From: a virus
Reading direction: 5' to 3' (one strand)
Length of the DNA stretch: 64,000 nucleotides
IMG/VR virus record: IMGVR_UViG_3300006028_000010
Location: 36,330-100,329 of that record
Part shown: positions 57,599 through 64,000 of the stretch, piece after piece
Position numbering within the stretch: position 1 is the stretch's first letter
Layout of the letters: each line of letters opens with the position of its first letter
The notes under the pieces: model-generated
Told to the model about the DNA's origin: nothing
Database searches by the model: none
The model's input: only the letters and a program-made list of their open reading frames with translations
Program-made: the position numbers and the translations under genes

Positions 57599-57985
57599 TT
57601 AGGGCGATGTTGAGCTGATTCGGGTTTCGAGTCCTACTGCGGCGCGGAGTTCGGCGCTGTCGGTGCGTAGGTCGCCGTGGTCGGTGGTGAGTTCGTCCAT
57701 GAGGTCGGCGAGGCCGTCGGCGATGGCGTTGAGTTTTTGTTGTATGGCGCTGTCGGCGCGGCGTTGGGTGTTTTGCAGCAGGGCCACCAGGATGAATGTG
57801 ATTATCGTGGTCAACGTATTTATGATCAACTGCCACAGATCGACATCACGAAACGCGAAATACGAAGGCAGCCACAACACGACCAACAGAACACACAAAG
57901 CGAAGAACCAGGCCCGGGACACGAACCCCGCCGTGGCGGTGGCGAACCGGTCAAACAGGGTCAGCTGGCCGGGTTCAGGCGGCAT
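57599..57985 (-). CDS. Low-affinity iron permease (Fet4-like) family small membrane protein
   Basis: FDRFA...WQLIINTLTTIITFILVALLQNTQRR...AIQQKLN. Confidence 0.8.
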   Translation of the reverse strand: MPPEPGQLTLFDRFATATAGFVSRAWFFALCVLLVVLWLPSYFAFRDVDLWQLIINTLTTIITFILVALLQNTQRRADSAIQQKLNAIADGLADLMDELTTDHGDLRTDSAELRAAVGLETRISSTSP

Positions 57986-58671
57986 GAACGATGCCTCCTG
58001 CGGGTCCACCGGCGTTGAGTTTGTTGATGGTGACGTGGGGTGCCCGCCGCCTAGGCGGGTCCGGTCAGGGCACGCCTCGGGCAACTGTCTCGGAGGTACT
58101 AGTGTCGAACCAGCACCCGCAATTACTACGGGATCTACCGTCGCGCCCAATCCGCCATTGCCACCATGCGAATAACGAACCACAGAGACGACAAGGACGA
58201 GGTGTCACTACGCCCCGTCGCTTCATTCGATGAGCGGGATTATGCCTAGGGTTCTTAGAACGCCTTGCGTTCCATGCGTGGGCGCTCACACTAGGTATCC
58301 TAGCTTAATCCCTCCGTGGGGACCCGCTTCTCTAACAACCGCGACAACGTCACAGCGGGGGTCACGGTGTGGACAGCAGGAACACGAGCAGGGCGAGGGT
58401 CAGCAGCCCCAGCAGCGCAGCGCAGACCAGCACCCCGGCACCGATAAGGATGGCGTAGGCGACGGTGGTGACGGCCCGGCGGGGACGGTGACGCCCGGGG
58501 CACAATCCGCCACCCCCGGCCGCTCAGGGTGCCGGGAACAGATCTAAGCCAGCTGCGGCGAGCACCGCGACGATCCACCACGCCTGCCACACGGATACAG
58601 CGCTCATCGCCACCCAGATGCCTGAGCCGATGACGATGACGAGGACTGCCTCGCGCACCATGGCTGGTGGT

Positions 58672-59376
58672 CTAGTTGATGAGTCGTCGGGCCTCAACGA
58701 AGCCGTTGGTGTAGAGCGGTCTTACGTGAACTGGTACCCCGAAGGTTGAGGCTTCAGCGATTTTGCCGTCGCCGACGTACATGACGACATGATCGATAGG
58801 CGTGTAATACAGGAGCAGGTCACCAGGGCGTAGGTCATTCAGGCTGACCCGGTAGCCAACACTGGCTTGCGCGGCTGCGGTGCGGGGCAGGTTGATCCCG
58901 GCTTGTTTGTAGGCCCATTGGATGAGCCCGGAGCAGTCGAAGCCACCTGGTGAGTCGCCGCCGTAGACGTAGCGTGATCCGATTTGGGAGATGGCGGCGG
59001 TGACGGCTTTCGCGGCTGCTGGTGCTTGTTGCGGTGCGGGGGTTTGGGCTGGTGCCGGGGTTGGCAGCGCAACCGGCGCGGGCCGTTGCGCGATGGGGGT
59101 TTGGGGCGGAACGCTGTACCAGCGCCGAGCCGCTGGGGGCGGGTACCAGTCAACGCCGGCGGGGGCCATCCGGGGCGGCGCGAGCATCATCAACGCCGGA
59201 CGCGGGTGGGGGTGGGGGCGTCGCATCGGTTGGGTAGCGGCCACGGTTTTCACCGGGGCGGTGATCACGGGCAGGGTGCCGGTGGTAGTGACGAGGGTGA
59301 GCGCGGTGACGGTGGCACCAGCGGCGGTGGGAATCAACTCCCGCGCCGGGTTCCGCTTCCTGTGCCGGCCCGCCAT
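58672..59376 (-). CDS. Secreted NlpC/P60 peptidoglycan endopeptidase
   Basis: YVYGG...FDCSGL...LPRTA...PGDL...HV.MY.GDG. Confidence 0.9.
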   Translation of the reverse strand: MAGRHRKRNPARELIPTAAGATVTALTLVTTTGTLPVITAPVKTVAATQPMRRPHPHPRPALMMLAPPRMAPAGVDWYPPPAARRWYSVPPQTPIAQRPAPVALPTPAPAQTPAPQQAPAAAKAVTAAISQIGSRYVYGGDSPGGFDCSGLIQWAYKQAGINLPRTAAAQASVGYRVSLNDLRPGDLLLYYTPIDHVVMYVGDGKIAEASTFGVPVHVRPLYTNGFVEARRLIN

Positions 59377-59756
59377 CAGAGGCCACCCCAACAGCTGCGG
59401 GACGCTGCCCACGGGCTCAACCCGGCAGACGCGAATGCCCGATCAGCGACGGCGAACTGCTGAGCAACGGTCGCGTCCTTAGCGCGATGCGCGTACCTGC
59501 CGCCGCCAAACGCGAGCCACGTGGAATCTAAAAATTGAAACAGGCCACTGGCTGTTGACGACGGGTTCTGCGCGTGAGGATTGCCACCCGATTCACACCG
59601 AATGATTGGGCCCCACGCTGGGTCGGCGTACGCCGTTCCCGTGTCGAGCACGATAGTACAGGCGACGGCCGCGACGGATGCGCCGATCACAAATCGAGGT
59701 ACCCGCCTACGGCATTGCCCGGGCTTCCGGTGACGACCACGACATGCTTGATGCAT
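59376..59756 (-). CDS. Secreted Rpf-type transglycosylase
   Basis: Signal peptide ending AYA; W..IIRCESGGN...GLFQFLDSTW.AFGG...QQFAVA...G..PW. Confidence 0.85.
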   Translation of the reverse strand: MHQACRGRHRKPGQCRRRVPRFVIGASVAAVACTIVLDTGTAYADPAWGPIIRCESGGNPHAQNPSSTASGLFQFLDSTWLAFGGGRYAHRAKDATVAQQFAVADRAFASAGLSPWAASRSCWGGL

Positions 59757-59768
59757 GGCGGTAGTGCG

Positions 59769-59947
59769 CCAGTGGGTAACGCCTCACGGAAACCCTTCGC
59801 TGGTTCCAACCAGCTAAGCGGTCGGTTTTAATCGCCGAACGGTCGTCTACAATGGACTACGTTCCATCAGGACGAATCGCTGTCCGGTGCTCTATCTGCG
59901 ACGGCGAGACCCTTGCAGGTCTCCTCCATGCAACCGCTCTCCACCGG
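59769..59947 (-). ncRNA. Candidate multi-branched structured RNA or leader
   Basis: Seven mutually compatible helices found by eye, two with GNRA loops. Confidence 0.55.
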
Positions 59948-60670
59948 AGGCCGTTGCGCTGGAGTGAACGAAAGATCAGCTAAGCTCAGCCTTCGATGTG
60001 AGCGCCCCGGATTTAGGCGTCTAAATTGCGCCTGCTTGCATGCTTGATTACAGAATTTCGCGTTTCGCCGCTTGGTGTCCGGGATCCTTTGGCCGCAGAA
60101 CCCGCAGTGGCGTACTGGTCTCGGCGCGCTGGCGCGCCGATGTCTCGGCTTCACCGGCCACACGCCGTACTGATTGGTGACCCAGCCACGCTCTTCGGCG
60201 TGCTCCAATGCATGCTCTGCTTTGGTCTTGGCTTTGAGGTTAGCGGCACTGTTGTCGATTTTGACTTCGTTGACGTGGTGTACGTCGTGATCGGGATTGA
60301 TCAGCGCGCCCGCGTCCCACATCTGCTTGCGATGTTCAAAAACATAACCATCACGACGCGCTAACGGGTGTGACGGCTCGTAAATGTCTACATACCCATC
60401 AGGACGAACGCGTCGCTTCACCCCGTAATTGCGTACAGTGCAAGTCGGGTCGCCATGCCGTTTCCATCGGCAGTAGTGCTTCAAGCACCAGCCACGAATA
60501 CGTGCAACCCCGCCGCAATCAGAAATCGAACAGATAGTCACTGGTCGGCGACGCGCATCACCCGCCGAGCCGGGATCTCCCCGCAATCGCCACCGTTGGT
60601 AGTGGGTTCCGCACCACCCACGAGCCTTTCGTGGTCTGTCGCAGCCTTCAACCGCGCACGTAACATCCAT
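59867..60670 (-). CDS. HNH endonuclease with Cys/His zinc-finger repeats
   Basis: Two C...C...RGWC..HY.RW repeats; GYVFEHR...VHHVNE.K.DN...NL; C-terminal CGFC...FCNQAC. Confidence 0.85.
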   Translation of the reverse strand: MDVTCAVEGCDRPRKARGWCGTHYQRWRLRGDPGSAGDARRRPVTICSISDCGGVARIRGWCLKHYCRWKRHGDPTCTVRNYGVKRRVRPDGYVDIYEPSHPLARRDGYVFEHRKQMWDAGALINPDHDVHHVNEVKIDNSAANLKAKTKAEHALEHAEERGWVTNQYGVWPVKPRHRRASAPRPVRHCGFCGQRIPDTKRRNAKFCNQACKQAQFRRLNPGRSHRRLSLADLSFTPAQRPPVESGCMEETCKGLAVADRAPDSDSS

Positions 60671-60751
60671 GAACGTCGACCTGCCTTCATCAGGTTGACC
60701 ACGCCCCGGGGTCGTTGGCGCGACCGCCGGGGTCCTTACTGTCTTATTCTA
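60671..60751 (-). promoter_or_regulatory. Nuclease-associated leader, copy 6
   Basis: TAGAAT AAGACAGTAAGGA CCCCGG C GGTCG-CGCCAA-CGACC CCGGGG CGTG GTCAACCTG-ATGAAGG-CAGGTCGAC GTTC ATG. Confidence 0.85.
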
Positions 60752-60827
60752 CCTGCGCTAAGCAACTCGCCGTGTCTTATTGGGTGGGCGGCGGGCGGCC
60801 TACGGTGGAATGGTCGTCGTGAGTTGT

Positions 60828-61019
60828 TCAGGTGTTGAACTGGTCGGCTCGCACGGCGACGATGAATGCGTCCCACTCGCCGGCGTTGACGGTCAAGACA
60901 CGGGCCGTTGGGTTCTTCGAATCCCGGACGGCGATGGCGCCGTTATCGGAACAAGCAACTTCAACGCAATTTCCGACGCCGGAGAACGTTGACTTGCGGA
61001 AACCACTGGCACGAGTCAT
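60828..61019 (-). CDS. DUF397 protein
   Basis: FRKSTFS...NCVEVA...AVRDSKNP...W.AFI. Confidence 0.9.
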   Translation of the reverse strand: MTRASGFRKSTFSGVGNCVEVACSDNGAIAVRDSKNPTARVLTVNAGEWDAFIVAVRADQFNT

Positions 61020-61179
61020 CGACCGAGCCTCACGTGGGAGGGGGGTGCTGGGCCCAGCGGGGTGGGTGATGACACTGTCGCTGGGCCCAGCGGCGCGTCC
61101 AACAGCCGGGCGAACGGAACCAGGGCCGCGAGTCGGGGGCCGCGCTGGTTCCGGCGGCGTGGACGCGGAACAGGTGGTG

Positions 61180-61572
61180 TTAGCAGCCGCAGGGTGCTGG
61201 GGCGGCTACGGGGCACGGCGCTGGGGCTGCGACCACACCGCAGGCCGCGCCTACTGAACAAGGAGACCCCACCGGGACACCCACCGGGTAACCAACGGGG
61301 ACACCAACGGGGACACCAACGGGGACACCCACGGGGAAGCCGCAGCCCACACCGCAACCACCCACCGGGACACCCACGGGGCTCTGCTCCCACCAATCAC
61401 CGAGATGCAACCCGAGAAGCCCGTGGTGAGGGTGACCGAGGTCGATGCCGACACCGCTGCCACCCTGATCCATGGGGGTGACAGTGTCAGCGAACGCCGC
61501 ACCCGCACCAGCAGTGGACAACGCGACCACGAAACCAGCCACAACCAAGGCACGCTTACCGACAGCGACCAT
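61180..61572 (-). CDS. Secreted Gly/Val/Pro/Cys repeat protein
   Basis: Signal peptide ending AFA; GxPV repeats encoded by 12-bp tandem repeats. Confidence 0.6.
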   Translation of the reverse strand: MVAVGKRALVVAGFVVALSTAGAGAAFADTVTPMDQGGSGVGIDLGHPHHGLLGLHLGDWWEQSPVGVPVGGCGVGCGFPVGVPVGVPVGVPVGYPVGVPVGSPCSVGAACGVVAAPAPCPVAAPAPCGC

Positions 61573-61845
61573 TCTTGCTCCTTTGTGTGACCCCGACCTG
61601 ATGAGTTGCCAATTGTTGTGTTGCTTAGACGTGCTGCCCGTTGGGGGCGTTGCTCCACCCCTGGCGGTGGTTACCGGGGTGGTGGGTCTTGGTTGGGCCA
61701 GAGCGCCAGCATGTCGAGCAGTGTCCGCAGCTCGTCTGCGTCGCGGGCGAACCGTGCGGCCGTGAGGCGGGCTTTGGTGCGTTCCTCCACGGTGCCTGGG
61801 GGCACCAGCGGCACCGGATGACACTCGTGGATCGTCACCGGCTGG

Positions 61846-62001
61846 CTACCAGTACCACCGGCGGCCACCGACCGCGTACGGTGTGGCCCCCAAAATGGCC
61901 AGGATGACCCCCACTACTAGCAGGATCAGCCCTAACGTTTCGAGCACACCGATCCCGACTAGGTAACCCACGATTATCAACACGAGACCGAGAACGATCA
62001 C
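61846..62001 (-). CDS. Small membrane protein (DUF6131-like)
   Basis: MIVLGLVL...AVGGRRWYW; GGAGG RBS. Confidence 0.7.
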   Translation of the reverse strand: MIVLGLVLIIVGYLVGIGVLETLGLILLVVGVILAILGATPYAVGGRRWYW

Positions 62002-62051
62002 AGCGCGCCTCCCCCCTTGGGTGGATTTGTGGGGCAGGTGGGGGTGGACGC

Positions 62052-62085
62052 AAAAAATCCGCCGACCCGGGGGCAGGTCGGCGGA
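62052..62085 (-). terminator. Intrinsic terminator
   Basis: TCCGCCGACC/GGTCGGCGGA 10-bp stem followed by T6 on the minus strand. Confidence 0.8.
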
Positions 62086-62110
62086 ACTGGGCATAGTAAT
62101 GCCGTCCGTC

Positions 62111-62140
62111 AGGGTATGGCACTAGAACGCGATCACGCAA
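62111..62140 (-). promoter_or_regulatory. Putative late promoter
   Basis: TTGCGT-18 nt-TACCCT at the head of the late operon. Confidence 0.45.
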
Positions 62141-62152
62141 ACGCGGGGGCGG

Positions 62153-62497
62153 TCAAGAACTGTCGCGGTGCCCGGCGATCCAGCGCCGAACCACCCCATG
62201 CTGAAATCTGATCCCCTCATTCGTGACCAGCGACGGCATGCCCCGGTGCCGCCAGGAGTACACGGTGGCGAGGGACACACCGGCGTACTGGGCGACTTGC
62301 TCCGCGGACATCCAATCGTCCTCGGACCACGCCACCACCCGGGGGACGATCCAATCAACCCCCATGGTGATCATTTGTTGGTCGAGTTGGTGGCATATGT
62401 CGGGGGCTATGTCTTCCAGAACGGCTCGGTAGCTGGCGGCGATCCGCCGGGCTCGGGTCAGGGCGGTGTCACCCGGCCATGGCCACTGGCTGCTCAC
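62153..62497 (-). CDS. HTH DNA-binding protein
   Basis: MSAEQVAQYAGVSLATVYSWRHRG; GTGA coupling. Confidence 0.7.
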   Translation of the reverse strand: MSSQWPWPGDTALTRARRIAASYRAVLEDIAPDICHQLDQQMITMGVDWIVPRVVAWSEDDWMSAEQVAQYAGVSLATVYSWRHRGMPSLVTNEGIRFQHGVVRRWIAGHRDSS

Positions 62498-63408
62498 GCC
62501 ACCGTGGGTTGGTGCTCTTCGGCTTGCCTGGCTGCGAGGCACACAAGGACTAGGCGCCGGTACTCCTCCTCGGGGAAAACCACGGGGCACCGGACGCAGT
62601 GGACCTCGCTGGCCCCGTTTTCCCGCACCAACTGCCCCCCGCACGCTGGGCAAGGCGCCGACCGGGGGAGTTCGTGGGTGAGTTTCGTTAACCCGAGGAT
62701 CACGCGTGACGCGTGATGCAGTTCGAGTAGCGCCAGGGCGCCGCTGATGCCGTCGGTTTGCTCATACGAGGAGTACCAGCCGTTGTCGGCCCACATTTGC
62801 ACTTCGACGCCTTTGAGGGCGAGCAGTACGGAGACGTGGCGGCCGAGTAGCCGGGTGGCGCGTTGCAGCGCGAACCCTGGCCGTGCGTTGCGGTCCATTT
62901 TTTGGGAGTCCCAGTCGATGCGTAGGAGCTCCGCGACGGGTTCCGCGAACACGGTGGCGATCCGCACCATTTCGGCGGCTACGGCGGCCACGTTGATCCG
63001 CAGCGGTGCTGGTAGATCTTTGGTGGCGGCGACTAGGTCGGTCATGCCGATCACACCGTGTTCGAGTGCGACGTGGAGGTCGACGTAGTCGCGGGGGAGT
63101 TCGTTGATGGCGTATACCACCACGCGGGTGCAGGTGGGGCACAACCCGTCGGCGGCCATGATCGGGCCGCCTACTCGGGTGGGGACCGTTTTATGTAAAT
63201 GCCCGCAGCCGCCGCTGACACTGCATGCGTATCCGGGGCCGAGGTGGCATCGGCATTCGTCGCACACGGGGGGGCGTAGCTCAATTTTGGTGGACTCGTA
63301 GCAGCGTTCCGCGCGCCGACACCGGTGGTCGGTCACGGGGCCCGGTCCCAGAGCACGATCGCGGGCGCGACGGTCGTGTTGACTGCTGCTGCCGACGGCG
63401 GATACCAC
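62494..63408 (-). CDS. Cys-rich zinc-binding protein, candidate late regulator (start uncertain)
   Basis: LCPTC...ELPRDY..L; C-terminal CPAC...CVRC...EY; position before the late operon. Confidence 0.55.
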   Translation of the reverse strand: MVSAVGSSSQHDRRARDRALGPGPVTDHRCRRAERCYESTKIELRPPVCDECRCHLGPGYACSVSGGCGHLHKTVPTRVGGPIMAADGLCPTCTRVVVYAINELPRDYVDLHVALEHGVIGMTDLVAATKDLPAPLRINVAAVAAEMVRIATVFAEPVAELLRIDWDSQKMDRNARPGFALQRATRLLGRHVSVLLALKGVEVQMWADNGWYSSYEQTDGISGALALLELHHASRVILGLTKLTHELPRSAPCPACGGQLVRENGASEVHCVRCPVVFPEEEYRRLVLVCLAARQAEEHQPTVA

Positions 63409-63773
63409 TTGACTGAGAAAACGGTCTGCTCCCGGCTAAGCCCACTGAGGTGCAGGGCTTCGTTAAGCCGCCGGGACAATTCCTCAAAGGTGTTCCCGCC
63501 AACAACATGGTTGTGACCGCGGATCGCGGCCCACCACAAGCCGTTCTCGCGGTGCACCGCGATCGTCAGGTCTTTACTGGACTCGTCGCTACGGTGGGCG
63601 GCTTCGATCGCGAGTGCGCGCAGCGACCCTGAGATCGTGAGACCGTGGTCTGTTGCGTACTTCTGAAGTGATTCCAGTTCTTCGTCGTTGAGCCGGACAC
63701 TCACGACCGTTGACCGTTGACGCGGTGGTGGGGGCTCGGCGGTGTCAAACTCATCGAACTCGCCGGCTGTCAT
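63333..63773 (-). CDS. RHH/CopG domain plus HicB-like domain
   Basis: STVVSVRL..EE...L...A...G.TIS..LR; HRENGLWWA...GNTFEEL...EAL. Confidence 0.5.
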   Translation of the reverse strand: MTAGEFDEFDTAEPPPPRQRSTVVSVRLNDEELESLQKYATDHGLTISGSLRALAIEAAHRSDESSKDLTIAVHRENGLWWAAIRGHNHVVGGNTFEELSRRLNEALHLSGLSREQTVFSVKWYPPSAAAVNTTVAPAIVLWDRAP

Positions 63774-64000
63774 GGTAGGCCACCGATGGTGATCAGCAGC
63801 CCGTTGTCACTATCACTCGGTTCGCCGTCGGGGTGGCTGTTCCAGTGGTCGTTGTGGTCATCCCCTTCGCGGTGCGCGTCGCTGTCGTTGTTGTTGTGGT
63901 TGCCGCGCCGGGGGTGGGGTGTCCAGTTGTCGTCGGGTGGGGGTTCGGCCCGGTCCGGGACGGTGGGTGCTGGCGGGGGCGCTGGTGTGTCGGTGACCGC

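Noticed and set aside
59769-59947. c-di-AMP riboswitch, group I intron or hammerhead ribozyme
   Set aside because: I see no ydaO consensus. GTAGTCC has no upstream GACTA partner for P7 and no interrupted gene is evident. CTGATG lacks the rest of the hammerhead core.
59979-60763. GCTAAGC direct repeat as a target-site duplication of the HNH cassette
   Set aside because: It is only 7 bp, a third copy lies at 59813, and I found no equivalent at the other cassettes.
61270-61380. CRISPR-like or origin repeats
   Set aside because: These are 12-bp in-frame coding repeats without spacers, and there are no cas genes.

Overview
The window is about 64 kb of a GC-rich temperate actinobacterial siphophage. 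Left to right it holds an attP-like 3' half of tRNA-Asn, a Bro-N/GIY-YIG gene and a tyrosine integrase (+ strand). A long minus-strand late operon follows. Read in its own direction (right to left), it runs: late regulators and a promoter/terminator, accessory genes (DUF397, Rpf, NlpC/P60, membrane proteins), a glycosylation kit, packaging HNH, TerS, ParB-methylase, TerL, an intein-containing portal, head, tail, about 19 kb of tail/appendage genes, and lysis. Four things stand out. (1) One two-hairpin leader with covarying stems sits in front of six free-standing endonuclease genes of different types, but not in front of the packaging HNH. (2) The tape-measure gene is interrupted after codon 9 by a 10-nt stop-containing gap with matched Ala codons, a candidate ribosomal bypass. 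(3) A multi-branched structured RNA candidate of about 180 nt lies just upstream of the rpf-nlpC pair. (4) The portal carries a Pro-initiated class 3 intein. Family assignments come from motif recognition by eye; no database searches or folding programs were run.
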